From Pocillopora damicornis (taxonomy: Eukaryota): a stretch of DNA of 64,000 nt. The stretch lies in the NCBI RefSeq assembly GCF_003704095.1, contig NW_020843934.1, positions 124,001-188,000 of the forward strand, given 5' to 3'. Below the pieces are notes generated by a model. It was not told the origin of the DNA and made no database searches. It was given only the letters and a program-made list of their open reading frames with translations. Made by a program: the position numbers and the translations under genes. This document shows, in pieces, positions 49,733 through 63,842 of this stretch. How positions within the stretch are numbered: position 1 is the first letter of the stretch; each line of letters opens with the position of its first letter.

Positions 49733-52700
49733 ATGGGCGTTCCTCGATTATTTACCTGCTTACAAAAGCCAGAAAATGCTTCGAAGCTCAAGGATCGCAC
49801 TCCGCTGCGCCAAAGAATCTCATACTCCACGGGCCATATCTTCAACGACTTGTGCTCCGCTGTTTGGTTCACTTACTTCATCGTATACTTCAACAAAGTT
49901 GTCGGACTTTCCACCACGGACACTGGACTTCTCTTCCTCATCGCTCAAGGCGCCGATGCTATTCTTACGCCGTTTATGGGCATCGGCTGCGATCGAATCG
50001 TCATTAAACGCTTCGCGCCTTACGGTAAGAGAAAGACTTGGCATTTGTTTGGCACGATTTTCGTGGCAGTCGCGTGGCCGTTCATCTTCAGTCCTTGCTT
50101 TGCATGCGCAGAAGATAGCCCCAAATGGCTCCCACTTCTTTATTACTCGGTTACAGTGGTAATTTTCCACGTCGGTTGGGCAGGAGTGCAAATCGCGCAT
50201 CTTTCACTCATTCCAGAGATCGCCAGACGACCCGGTGAAATTGTTGAGTTGAACGCTGTCAGGTAAAAGTGATATTAAGCAGGTCTTAACAGGCTGACCG
50301 TTGACCGTGATTTCAATAGAATTATCGGAAAAGGTTCTTTTTTCTCGATATTACATCTGTACTTTTTTGGGAGAAAAGTAAATCAATCTCAAAAGTTCAT
50401 CTCCAAAATAAAATCAAAGAAATCAAAATAAAGATTTTTTTGCCTCTGTCTTTTTTAGTTTTCGCACGAGAGAAATTTTTTTAGCTGCAGCTGTGATTTC
50501 AAAGATGTTTTTGGACTTCACTGCCCCTGTTTCGTAAATTAAATTTGAAAATCCAGCATGGTCCAGATTGTAAAGTTTTTAAGTGAAATTTTAATTGAAC
50601 ATTTATAGCCTCCCCCTATTAGCGCTTTCTGTTTATAAACAAACAATCTTCCAAGCCTTTGCTTTCAGACTAAACAGGTTAGCAAAAGTTAAGATTAAAA
50701 CAAACAATGAAGGCCAATGTTAACATGGATAATTTCAATTTTGTCAGCCTCGAACAAAATTATTCAAAAGCAATACAGCTCATGCTAATTGTTGTTTGTT
50801 CCTTTAAGCGGGTTGATAATCTCAGAAAGTCTTTTTTTTATCATCAAAGTATTCACATGTAAATTTGTGCATTAACGTCTGCTTTCAGATCTGGTTTAAC
50901 TTTTGTATGCGGCATCTTCATCTACGTGGTAACATGGATCCTGCTAGGACAAGCGAGCGAAGAAGGCATCAGCCCTAACTTAGCCAAAGAATTCACGGTA
51001 CCATGAAATTTTGTCACTTACTTTTCTTCAAAAGAAATTCCAACGATATTTTTTGTACTAAAACACTCCAGAATCTTACCTTCAGCGCAAATTTCCAACT
51101 AAGCAGAGCTTGAGAACGCGCATACGCCATAAAAAGCATCTTTCCTGTCCGAGTGTTTGTTCCAACCTTTTCCGCTGTAGCAATATCCTGTTTTTTGCTC
51201 CTAATTTTTTTACTGTTATTTTTCATGTTTTCTTTTAATATTTCTCAACAGTTCTCCCTGTTAGTGATATGTTTAAAAGATTTTTAGAAAATTTTAAGAA
51301 AATACACTGATGGAAATATTCGACAGAGCTGACGAAGTCATAAACGTTTTATTATATTTACAGCGTTTCTATTTGATTTCAGCATCTCAGCTTAATTGTT
51401 GTAGCGATTGGATTTCTGTTTTCTATCGTGTTTCACTGGGGAACAATAGAACCAGCTACTTCAACAACTGGCGAAAGGAAGGAACTCACAGAAGGTTAGC
51501 AGTTGTATAAAAATTGTACTTTCAAGTTATTTCTTTGAGAAGGGGGAGGGGGCTTTCGCTTCCTCTGATAGAGAAACATTTTTTGCACATTTTCTTTTCT
51601 CTCAGTTCAGTTTCGTTTTCATTGATTGAAATCCTCAGCGATCCAGCAAGCAGTTCCATGAAATTCAGTGGATTAGAAGAATTTCGTTCTGGTCGAACTA
51701 TAGTCTTATGTCAGCCAGAACTTCTAGCTTTGAAGGAGCTAATTGTCAGTTGGGTCCTTAATCTGAAATCTTAAGCAAAATTTGTTCAAATTTCAATCTG
51801 CTTTATTCTTCCCTTTCCTTTGTCCTCTTTGCTCCCTTTTGGTTTCCTATTTCCATTCTTCCGTTTTATTATTTTATCAACTCAATATTTTCTGACGACA
51901 AACGTTAATATCACACGCCCCACAAAAACAAGCTTTTATGTAATTGTGTATTCTCTGTTCTAACTTAGAACCGCTGGACGAACATTCATCTGATCAAAGC
52001 CTCTGTGTGGAGATTGTGGAGAGAGACGCCCCTTCACACAAACCCAAAACATGGCGGCAGTGGTTCAAAGATCCTCAATTTTACGCGGTGAGATGGAGCT
52101 TCCACTACCTTTCCACAATTGGCCGATGGAACCCACGCTTGCACAAATTCAGCCAATAGCAAGCCAGACATTAAAATCAGTCGAAACTTGGTTGCACGCC
52201 TTTTCCCGCTCTCCCGCACATGGCGGAAAACGTGAATGAATCCATCGAGTTCTCGAAAGTTCTTTTACCTCTTGTTTACTTGAACAACGACTCGCCCTTG
52301 CGCATCAATGAATTTCAAAAGTCAAGGTCTTTTGTGAAATGTGTCAGTTTTAATGATGTAGGCTGTATTTGCCCATGCACTGACCAACTGATGTGTTTTT
52401 CTTTCAGATGGGCGTCGTTTACACCTGCAGTCGTATCACAGTGAATGTTTCCCAATCCTATTTTCCGTTCTACTTGACGGAGACGCTTCACTTTCAGAAA
52501 GTATGTTTAAATGAACATCTTTCGTAATTCCACGGTTCAGCTGAAAGGGTATAGTCAAAAAAGATTAAGCAGAATTTGTTTCCTCTTATACTCAGCACAA
52601 AGTTCCATTAGCTTTTGCTTACCCCAGGCCAACTGTAAAAACGTTACTCGATTACAGCTCTCAATGTTTTCCACAAAACAAATAGAAACAGCATGGAAGC

Positions 52701-53260
52701 ATTTCTCGGTCGACAATAAACTTTTAGACAAATATCTTTCCCACAAAAGCCGACGACGGACTTCAGAAACTTTAAACTTGAAGTCTGAAGTCTCTTCATT
52801 AACGGGCTTTTATACTTCAACATGTCCTCGTTTCTTTCATAATTTTCTCTTTCATTTTTAACTATATTACGTCTTTCTCTCAATTTCGTTTTGCAGGAGG
52901 CCATCGCATATTTTCCTCTGGTAATCCTGGTTACTGGTGCCATTTCAAGTGTTCTTGTAAAGAGAATCAGCAAAAGCCTGGGTACCAAGGTGAAAACTTA
53001 ACCATTTACACTCTAAAATCAGTATGTATGTTCTTCACATTGTTCTCCATACATTTCCTTTGGTGCTGAAAAGGAGAATTTGTTTAACAATCAAGAACTC
53101 GGAATTCGGTGATCATTTCCTTCAACTAGTGTTTAATTCAAAAGTGTTAAGTTGTAAGGAGAAATTAGATGCCAGTCCCTCTCAGGGCTATAAGGTTAAA
53201 TCAAAGTCTGTCCCAAGTTTATTAAACAGCCACACCAAGTTCAATTGTTTTTAACTCCAC

Positions 53261-53292
<32 letters not shown>

Positions 53293-55350
53293 CTAGCAAC
53301 TCTTTACGGTGGCTAATTTACACGATCAATTCAGTACTTTTCCACCGACGTAGAACCACAGGTTCATAGCACCTTGTTTTCAACTCCATTTGACTTGAAT
53401 TGTTCCTGTTTTATCTTGCTGTTTCAAATCAACCGATTCTGAGAGAGAAATCCAACCTTGACTCACAGTGATCAGTGCATAGGAGGGCATATTCTTTCTT
53501 TCATTTTCAACCAAATGTGTAGCGCAATTTCCGGGAGTGGAAAGGGACAGTAATGATGAAAAATCCTCAATGATACAAAAAAAAAGCCATCGTCATAGGA
53601 AAAATATCACTTCAGTTTATTGACTGAGGAATTCATTTTCCTTCTGTTTCTTTGCCTTTTTTCAGTGGACCTTCTGTTTAGCCTGCGCAATCGTTCTTGG
53701 CGCATGTGCTTGGTTTTATCTTCAGACAATCTCGGGCCGAGAGGGGGTGTACGCGGCGGCGTTCATTTTGGGCTGCGGAAATTCTGTCATGCTTGTGACT
53801 GTGCTGTCTATGACCGCTGACATGATTGGAATCGATAAGGTAAGAGAAAAGGAATCTCCAACGTGCTTCAATGTCGTCTTGCACGACTTACATAGTACGC
53901 AGAGAGAAAACAGAGGAAGAGGCTTTGGAGAAGAATCTCTTTTGGACAAGATAGTAGATTAAGTAACAGGTTTTTGTCTGAACCAGTTTTTGTCCCTTTT
54001 CCTCCAGGCCTCTGGAGGCTTTGTTTACTCAGTAATGGGTTTCTTGGACAAAGGATTCGTGGGTGCGGTGGTGCTTGTGATTCAGACATTTTATCCTGAC
54101 AGTCCTGATGGGTATGTACATTTAATATCTAGCGGCGATCAGGTCCTGATTTTTAGCGATGCGGTAAAAGCGTTTCTTCGCTTTTTTGAAGCCTCGAATT
54201 AGGCGAGAGATTTAGCGGGGGTTGGCAAAATGATGGGACCATATACCCCTCGCAGACCTGTCACCAGTTTGCGTTGCTCGAGGCCGCAAACTTTCTTACG
54301 AGCGGGAAAAATTTAGTGCCGCAGTGCTATAACAGAAAGGGTATGCTCGCGGGCGAATTTTGATATTCTACCAGTTTTACTAACTACGTAATTTAACTCA
54401 TAACTTGTCAGCGAGAACTTTCTACCTTTGACAATTATTCACCACATTGGACTTGAGTGGTACTTGCTATTCTCTTCTGAACTAGCCAATCAGTGCGCGC
54501 GAAATACACTATTCACTTGTGTAGTACATTTCTTTTTCAGGGTGATATGTGAACAATGTGGCAGTTATGTGCGCCTTGTATTTACCTTGACGCCGGGAAT
54601 ATCAGCTGTTATTTCCTTGGTAATCGTTGGTCTTTGTTTCAAGTCAAAACTTGTCTTGTCCTGTCGGCCAAGAAGTAAGTTACGACCCGTTATACTTGAA
54701 CAGTGGGCTTTTATCTTCTCTTAAATGCAACGATGATTAATTCTCACATATGAGACGCTATGAGCTTAATGATATTGTTAATTAGTCAAATTATATATAT
54801 AATTACACCCTATCTGATCAATATATTGATCAGATGGGATATTAATTAAGTAGCATAATGGTTACGTTTGGAAAGATATGGTTTTTTTTCTAATTTTTTT
54901 TTTCACGACCCACAAGCAGCTGAGTTTCAATCCCCAAAGAGTCATTATTTAGCACCTTGGGAAAGGGGCGGAGGGGGGATGGGTTGGGGATTTAGGTTGT
55001 TCCACAATAAAATTCACCCGATCCCCCGAAATGCTCTGTTATATTCTTATGCTTCCCCCCCCCTGTTAATGGCAGTTAATTTGCCATCAATTTTCCTAAG
55101 TCATCTCCTTTATACTCTATTGGTCCTCCGTGCCCCCTGAAAACAAAGTGACCCCCCCATCCTCCACGACCTCGCCCCCCAGAAATAAATAATTACTAAT
55201 TCCTTAAATAAGGTTTTCCTCATTTTCTTACTTGAAGTACGTTAACTTTTCACAGTTGAAAAAGCAGATCAGAGCACGCAAACAATACCCGTGGAATGTC
55301 TTGCAGACCTTTACGCAAAGATCGCTGAACTTCCTAGTTCTAACGTTTGA
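49733..55350 (+). CDS. MFSD12: MFSD12-like major facilitator transporter, paralog 1 (complete, 10 coding exons)
   Basis: Exons 49733-50262, 50889-50997, 51383-51494, 51969-52087, 52408-52500, 52897-52989, 53666-53839, 54008-54111, 54541-54674 and 55256-55350, all GT-AG and in phase. Motifs GHIFNDLC..WFTY, YGKRKTWHLFG, FSPC, QIAHLSLIPE, WFKDPQFY and GGFVYSVMGFLDK are typical of MFSD12. Confidence 0.92.
53262..53292 (+). ncRNA. Degenerate minimal hammerhead ribozyme motif of the Penelope-associated type
   Basis: CTGACGA-AGGGC-TAAC-GCTC-AAAAC-GTCAG. The GAAA core reads AAAA here, so it is probably inactive. A related decayed copy lies at about 18698-18725. Confidence 0.45.
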
Positions 55351-58300
55351 ATGGGAAGTGGTCGATGGGAGGCGCAACAATGCTGCACTGCCGTAGGGTT
55401 GGCTAAAAAAATAACGATGCAGTGAAAATGATGGTTTGAAGGTCCTAATCTCAAATTTGTTGATGATGTTATGCAATCAATTGCAAGAAGCTGAAATGAA
55501 GATACAGACAAAGATCAAGATTGAGTTTTCGTATCTTAAGGGCCACGCTACAAAGAAAAAATTGGAGTTTTAAATTAACTTCCTTTTTAAAAAATGTTTG
55601 GTTATATAGACAAAGAAACGCTATTTAGATGATGCGAGATTTCATTTATTTATGTTGAACACGCAAGTAGTGGTATTTAGTGTAAACCTAAGATAAAGCT
55701 TTTCTATAAGTTATATTATTGTTTAAAGCTATCAAAAGTTGAGACCATCGCCTTCTTTTCACCAGATAATTTATATCACATTCCATTCACCACTGTAGCA
55801 GGCCAAGGGCTGAACTTAGGAGGCTGAGGAGGGAGTAAGATGCTGTTACTGAAGTTGTACGAGGGAGGGGGGGAAGTCTCACGCGCTCCATACCCTGCCA
55901 GTTTGCTTCCCTCGCGTTTGTTAGATGCCTAATAAGCAAACAAGCGAAAGGATGAAATTTTGGTTAAAATATTGACCCTAGAGTGACATTTTGAGAACCA
56001 TGTAGTCTGCATCATCCTTTGTTAAATTCCAATATAACCCTGCAATATGTCGCATTTGAGAGCGCATGATAGCTATAAAAGAAAATTTGGGGAGTCCACG
56101 AATCTCCTTCTGTTATACAGGGATCGAAAGTTGTCAGCACGTGCACCTTCCACGTGCGCACCTTGCATAACATCCGTCAAGACATTCATAACCATAATAA
56201 CATCAGGCAAACTCCTTAATAACATTAGTGAAAATATTTGGAATGTTACCTAAAAAAGCATGATGTATCCCAGAACTTTGTGACAGCTAAAAGCTTACGT
56301 GTTTTTCCGAAAAAAAAGGGGGGGCCTCACGCAAGCTTTCCATGAATTATTTCCGTTATCTCAGCTACACATATCCTAAAAACCTTTTGATTTTTCTTTA
56401 AAAATTTCGTTTGGAAGCATCCCTTATCACGGTCGGAAATGAGACCAACAGGTCCGCTGTGTACCGAAACTTCACTGTTTACTTTTTGAATTTGATCACT
56501 CTCACCCTCACGCGCTAGTCATAATACGATCCTATGGTTCTCAATGTCCAAATTATCTGTAATTTTATCCCAAAAATCAACCGAAATAATTATAATCTCG
56601 GACCTCACCTACACAAAGTGCCCCCAAAGCGGAATATTTATCTATTCTGTAGGTTCTCCTTGCGCATATAGATGTGACAAAATTATGATGAGTTTTATGG
56701 CTACCACTGACAGTGCTGAACAAGTTTTAGTTTATCAGCCCTAAACGTTCCCTGTGAATGAAAATATAGATACGTGTGTTGAATTAAAAATATGTTGTTA
56801 CTGCATAAATTTATTTTAAGTCTCCCGTCATCTATTATTTGTTTATCTGATGCAAAAATTATTTCGGTCTATCAATATTTCCATACTTCTTGTCTATAAA
56901 TGGTTCGATTTGTCCTTCTCTTACAGCTACTGCCCTCATTGTCACTACGTGGGTGAGAACAAGTCGTTTGCGAATGAATTGCGGCCTTGCCATGCGAAAA
57001 CAATGTCCTCGTGCTCATTACTGTCCACATCACAACGCCGTTGGAATTTTTAACGTCAATCACACGCCCTATCACAGCTTTACTGACAAACACAGCTCAG
57101 TCTGCCCTCTGCTGACAAACCGCAGTTGGTTTTTTTTAATGTTAATACCAGTATGTCTAGTTGAATGAAGTGTTTTCCGCAGGCTATTTTTTCTGTGAGT
57201 TGAAAAATGTAAAAACTGTAAAAATGATCACATGAAAGCACCGTGCATGACCCAAAGGTCGAATCGGCTTCATTTAAATGTAAGACTACTCATCCGGCCG
57301 ATTTGGCTCTCTAGGAAATCGGCATGAGTTTGCTCCTAATATTTCTTGCAACAGTGCCTGGTGACGAGGAAACTCCTCGATTTGAAAATTAAAATTAGAA
57401 ATTTAAAAAGACATTTTACTCTACTAGATCGGATCACGCCACCCTTCACTCGACCCGATTTTCCGTTCGATGTTATCTTTATGAAAATATTATTTATGTC
57501 AACAGAGCGAATCATACGAGCAAGTCTGTTTGTTGACCTTGTTCAGTTTGACCTTAAAAATGCTCGTGACAGTAAAACCGGAAAACCGGAAAACGCATTT
57601 GTGCTTTTCGGAAACTCGTTTCTAGAAATTGCGAAAATTCCGAAAGGATTTCAATAAGAAAAAAGGCCTTCCCTGTAGGAAATAAACATGTTGTGCATGC
57701 TGTTTTGCAATACACCCCTTAAATCATGTACAATGACGTTTACACTCTTCGTAGGACTAGGATTTGCAGGAACCGCAGAATATTATTTTTTCTACTGTAA
57801 AATAAAAATTTTCTTGTTCTGAAGAATCGCGATCACAAATCTATTTTTACGTTGTAAACACAGTAAATGAATAGAGAAGTCTATCATTATCTATTGTAGG
57901 GAGCTGATTGATCTTGATCTATCTGAGTAAATATCAAATATTCTTTGTTTTTCGCCAAGGCGACATAAACAACAAAAAAAGCCAGAGAGCTAAAAGCGGT
58001 AATTATTGCAAATTCTAAAATCGTGACGTCTAGATGTCTGCGGCAAAACAAATTCGAAGAACTTTCGAAGTAACCTGCCAGAAATGCGTAAAAGGGGTTT
58101 TCATATCACCAAAGTTAAACACACTAAATTAACCTGGTGTACTTGGCTGTGGATTTCATCGCTACCCTTGGATCCTCCACATGATTGGTTTCGATTTGAT
58201 GTCACTCTGACAACTGTCAAACTTTTGATGGAAGAACAATAGGCTTATGACGAAGGTTTCCAAATTTAACAAGTGAAATCGTAAGAGGCTTTCCTTGCTC

Positions 58301-58422
58301 GAAAATTAATGTCACATCGAGCAAAGCCGGCGTTGCAGTTGCTCCCTAGCAAGTTCAAAGGCGAAGATCGCGCGGGACCGGCTTTCATCTTCCTTTCAAG
58401 AGGATAGCGGGAGAAAACTAAA

Positions 58423-61400
58423 ATGGTGTGGATTTGCGGACGTAATAAACCGAGCCAAAAGCTGGTACACAAAGAAGAAAGAACTTCACTGAAACAAAAG
58501 ATCTGCTATGGAGTAGGGCATGTATTCAACGATCTTTGTATTCAAGCGTGGTTTACCTATCTTATAATCTTTTTCAACAAAATCGTGAAAATCTCCGCTA
58601 AGGGAACTGGTCTAATTTTTCTCGCTTCTCAAATTGCGGATGCGATTTCCACTCCGTTTATCGGTTATGGCTGCGACAAGAGTCTCTCGAAGAAAATCAC
58701 CAAGAAATACGGCAATAGAAAGATCTGGCATTTATTCGGTAGTGTTGGAATCGCGCTGATCTGGCCGTTTGTGTTCAGCCCGTGTTTAGCTTGTAACGAG
58801 GATAGCCCTGACTGGGTTCCGGTGGCATACTATGGAGCCTTCGCAGCTCTATTCAGTGTTTGTTGGCCTATGGTGGAGATAAGTCATTTGTCTCTAATGC
58901 CTCATGTTGCCAAACGGCCGAAAGATGCTGTAGAGTTGAGCGCTATAAGGTAAGTACATGTGAAATTCTAGGGGCAAAAGATTGCTCGCAAAAAGCAGCA
59001 GGATTACTAGGATTTTCATCGTAGGTGGTGTTACATGATGCGATATTGTTTGTCTGGCTTTTTTCCAAGCGTCATTGTCACTCGTGTTCGTTACACGAAA
59101 AAATATTTTTTTCATCAAGGCCTAGTCAAGGTTTTTTAAACAAACATTGTTGCTGGCATTTCACACGTTCTGGGGGAAATCTTAAAAAGCCCTAGAAAGA
59201 AATATGTACTAAGTAATTCCTTCTTTCATTTCACTGATTTTAACCGCGCGGTGGTTCAAAATTATATTTGTCGTTATTGCATCATCTATCGTTGGTGGGT
59301 TTTCCTTTTGCTTAGCCACCGAGCGGAAAAAGGAAACAATGGATTCAGTTGATCGAACGCAGATGTCTTGTGACTTCCGAATGATTTTAATTTGAAAAGA
59401 AATGAAAACTTGTTTTCAGGGGTACTAAATATGCCTTTTACAGCCTCTGAAATACGCGATCCATCGTTCTTCGCTTTCGATTTCCATGCGAAATATTTTG
59501 TACATGTTGTTCACATCTAAACGGAGTACTTTGAACTTGAAGCTAATATACATAATGCAACCTTCGGAACAGATAACAATTCTCAGCTCATTGGGCAGCT
59601 AAGGAAAATATAATTCCGCTTCTAACTGGGCAGTGATGCTGTTAGACTTTAATTTGCAAATTCAAATCCTCTAAAATTTATTTCAGCAATATAAATTCAC
59701 ATAGCATAAGTTCTTTCCGATCATGCACGAGGCTTTCAAGTTTGGTCATTAAAAATACATCGAAAGCGTGTTTCAAAGGTAAATATGTTTACCTGAGCCC
59801 TTCATTCATATTCAAAATTATTCAGTAAAGTTTTTTCGTTTTTAAAACACTTAGTTGTTTTGCTCAGTACAGCTTCCCAGGAAGCGTGTTACGTTTCCGC
59901 TCAATCAGGGAAAATTCATGACAGCAGATAATCTAAACGCGTTGAAATCGGAAGAACGACAGGATTATAAATGATGATCACCATTTTTTTTTTTTGCATC
60001 ATGTAACTAAGTGACCTTTGTCGGTCGTGAGAATAATATCGTGTTGTTCCAGATTAACACATGCACGCTTTCGAAAGTAGAGTGAAATCTAGGCCCTCCG
60101 GGGTAAAGAAGAACAAGCTAGTTCGGTTCAATTAAATTTGGCTGTAATTTCATGTGAGTTTCGGGAAAATGGCCTGAAAGTGCGCCGCGTCAGCCTTTGA
60201 ATCACCAATCCACCGAATTGGCATCTTTGCTTAGATCACTACGCACGAGAAGTAAATACTTGACACCAGAGGCAAAATTTGCCGTCGTCGATAAGCGCAT
60301 AATTAGAAAGAGCGTCCTAACATCTGTGTGCGTTCGATTATTTCTTCAAGGTTCATAGATAAGGGTCTCTTTCTCGTATGCGCCAATTTGTTCCTCGTGA
60401 ACGAAGTTTCAACAATAAGGTTGAATGAGGTTTTGTGCATGCTATTCAAAAGTTAGAAAGCCAAACTATTTTCATTTATTACTATAATTTTCTTAATTGA
60501 ATTGCAAAATGCTTAGGAATTAATGTGTTAATCCTTGTTCTTAAAAGATGAAAGGCCCTTTATTCCTCAGCTGCGCCAGTTTAATAATGATCAACCTTAA
60601 CATAATTCCCCCTTTTCCTAGTGAAACTGTGTTTTACGTCATGTTAGTCATCAAGTGAGATGATTATGTCACCCTCAATGCAGTTTCACTCAAACAATTT
60701 TTCGTAGAGGACTATCTGTGCTATTTGCCGTGACGTAGAGTGCCGAAATTACCTCCAAGTAACGCATGTAAATACCTCTCTGTGTTATCGACTCCAGAAT
60801 ATATGGGTCATGGTTTATATTTACCCTTTAACTCCCAGATCAAATTTGTAATTCTTCTTACCGTCAACCATACAATTCTTATAATATTAGTTCAGAGAAT
60901 CTAGAATCGCATCAACTTATTTCCCCCAAATTGATATTTTTCTTTATTCTCATCACTTATCTGGTTAATATTGTATTGATATTGTAAGGAGATATTCTGT
61001 CTTGGTCAGACGTGGGAGTTAAAAGGGTTAAGTCACCTGATTTACGATCGAAACAGAAATAGAAACTAAAAAAATTAAATTAATCGAATTAGGTAATCGC
61101 AACATATTTTAGACTTCGCATTTTGTATAAAAATATGAGCGCTTCTGAAACCTTAACCTTAAATGGGAATCATCTGTATCATCTTAAGACACAAGAATCT
61201 TTCTGTAATCTTAGTGATCTTAATGATCTTACATTGATACGATTTACCTCGAGATCCTCTCTTGGCAAACCCTTCATGGCGGAGGAGGAGGGGGGGGGTG
61301 GAATTCTTTGTATAACGCCATTTCCGGAAATATCATTTTCCAAGGTCTGACTTAACTTCGTTGAAACGTTTTCGTTTTTGATTCGTGTCATGCCTATGAA

Positions 61401-63842
61401 TTTCTTTAGTTATGAATAGGGAATTTCCATGAGAACTTTATCAATTGTCCCGTCTCTTTTGTGCATACGCATTCTCGACATTCACGGTATCTTTAGGGGT
61501 TTTAAATGGATTAAATTGCGGTTATTTTCCCTACGCGATGGGAAGAAGAACTGCGGAAACACCTCACGGAAACGTTTTGAACTCTAAGTTTAGAAGCATT
61601 TCAAAGGATTAGAGAAGTTAGTGCGATTCGTGATCAAGGCAGCATTATTCATCAGCGCCCCAGCACTTACTGCATGTGCTAAAGCGAGAAAATTCAAAGA
61701 AACAACCGAAAACATACGAAAATGCGGAATTTAATGTCGCTCGAAGGTGTTTGACTGCAATAAAATCACAAGAGAAAACCAAGTTAATTGAAAGTTGTAA
61801 AGAAATTTAGAACATTGGTTTTAACACACGGTATGATTTGGGAGGAAATCCGGAGTCTGTATACTCTCGGTGACAGGAACCTGACATCGGAGACACATGT
61901 ACGTGTCGGAGACGCATGTACGTGTCGGTAATATCAAGTTTTGTTCTGATCATGCACTCTTCATAGGTTGTTATTTTAAGAATATACTAGAATTCCTTTT
62001 CTTTAACTATTTAATAGCAGCAGGCTACCACCCTTACTGCAATCGTCAGGTGATATTTCCGGAAGGTATCAGTTTATTTGGTTAGTGATCCACGAGACAC
62101 TGAATTCTTCAAATTCAATTCAACACTGTTCTCTTTATTTGCTGATGCGTTTTAAGTTTTGTGTACTGTTGACCATAGGGGGATATTGTGCAAATACTTA
62201 ATTAAATGAAAAATGCATCAAATTTTTTTTTGTTCCCAACAGCTCAGTTGGAGATGAGAGTCTTTATAGTGTCTCTTTGGTATGGTCTCAATCGATCCCC
62301 ATGACATCTTTAACCCATTTAAAACCCACGAAACACCAAGACAATTTCTGCTTACAATATCAAGCAGTCAAATGATGGAAATGAAAAAAGGATTATTAGT
62401 TGATCCAATACCAAATTCTCCGAAGTTACATCATAACTATTATGTGGCAGACAGTAAGGAGAATAACTAATGAGATCTTGATAGTGAAAGGGTGAACTGT
62501 TCTTTTTCGAGACTCGACTTTCACTGGTCGCTTTGACAACAGTTCTTTTCGTCACATAATATCTTAACCCAAATAGCGAGCTCTTATAACTGTGAAGTTG
62601 CGGGTTGACCGCTAGGCTAGCGTTCTTTGTTTTGAATCCAGCTGGGTACAAAGGCAGCAACCAGACTTAAATTAAATTCTTACGAGAACGCTAATTGTTC
62701 TTGTAATTTTAAAGGTATTTCTTAGCTAAAAATGTTTTTTCCTTATGCCCAATTGAATAACAAAACAACATTTTATGCTTTTCGAGCATTGACCAACAAT
62801 AGATCAGGCCGTGGTTGTTTGAAGGTTGGATAAAGACATCCACCGGATAGATTTCCATCCGGTTGATAGCGCTGTACGTTTTGTATACTCTTATCCGCTG
62901 GGTACTGATTTATCCGTTGGATAGCTTTATTTGCCCTATGAACAACTGAGCCCAGGTGTTGAGTCTTCTTCGATATTAAAATATTCCACCACTTCATGAT
63001 CTAGTCAAGATTTACCAACCAAGGTTTTTGTGCTAAAAGAGACAGTCTTTTTTTGTTTTTGTTGTTGTCGTTGGCGTCCTTTTCAGTGCTATTTTTGATT
63101 TTGCTCATACTTGTAAAAGAGATAAACTGGCATAGCTGAGAAAAAAGTTATAAAGAGATGATCAACCTCACATTCTTGATAGGGGGAGTGGGGGGCGGCA
63201 AAATCCTGAGAAATTTTAGTTGGATTGTAGCGTCATGGCCTTATAAACCTGTTAAAGACAAAACACTTTTAAAAATTTTGACTCATTCAGCAGATTCTAA
63301 TTAAATATTAAGATTTTTTTTTGCTCATATAGAGTGTGCATCGCCAACACTAACAACTTCTTAAAGTCTCCTGTCAACACATACTCAAGTTATGAAGGAA
63401 GAGCCTTTGAAAGCAGTTGTGGTGAATAGAAAGAAGTTAACCCTTTTCCTATGTCCTTTTGTTCTTTCAGATCTGCACTCAAGCTAGGATGCGGCGTTTT
63501 TGTGTTTGTAGTAACTTGGATCCTTCTGGGCCAAAACAGTGAAGAAACTGTCAACGAATCTGCAAAGAAACAATTTACGGTAAGAACCTGAAATAAAATT
63601 CAATTTAATGAAATGTCCTATGTGGTTTTCACTTTCGACAAACAAACACTGGATAGGTCCGTGTTCCATGAACATTAAAAAAATTGTCTTGTTTCTTGGT
63701 TTGTTTGCTTGGTTTGGTTTGTTTTGTTTCTCCAACTCGCTTTTGTTTCATTTTCAGTATCAATCCATAATCGTCATGATAACTGGAAGCTTTTTCGCTT
63801 TTATTTTCCACTGGGGAGTAGAGGACGTCGATCATGGTACAG
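58423..63842 (+). CDS. MFSD12: MFSD12-like transporter, paralog 2 (exons 1-3; continues beyond the window)
   Basis: Exons 58423-58949 (GHVFNDLC..WFTY, YGNRKIWHLFG, FSPC, EISHLSLMP), 63471-63579 and 63758-63842. Intron positions and phases are the same as in paralog 1. Confidence 0.9.
62808..62952. mobile_element. Short MITE with PIF/Harbinger-like ends and a 3-bp TSD
   Basis: cag|gccgtggttgtt...aacaactgagcc|cag, with internal imperfect inverted ggata/tatcc repeats. Confidence 0.55.
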
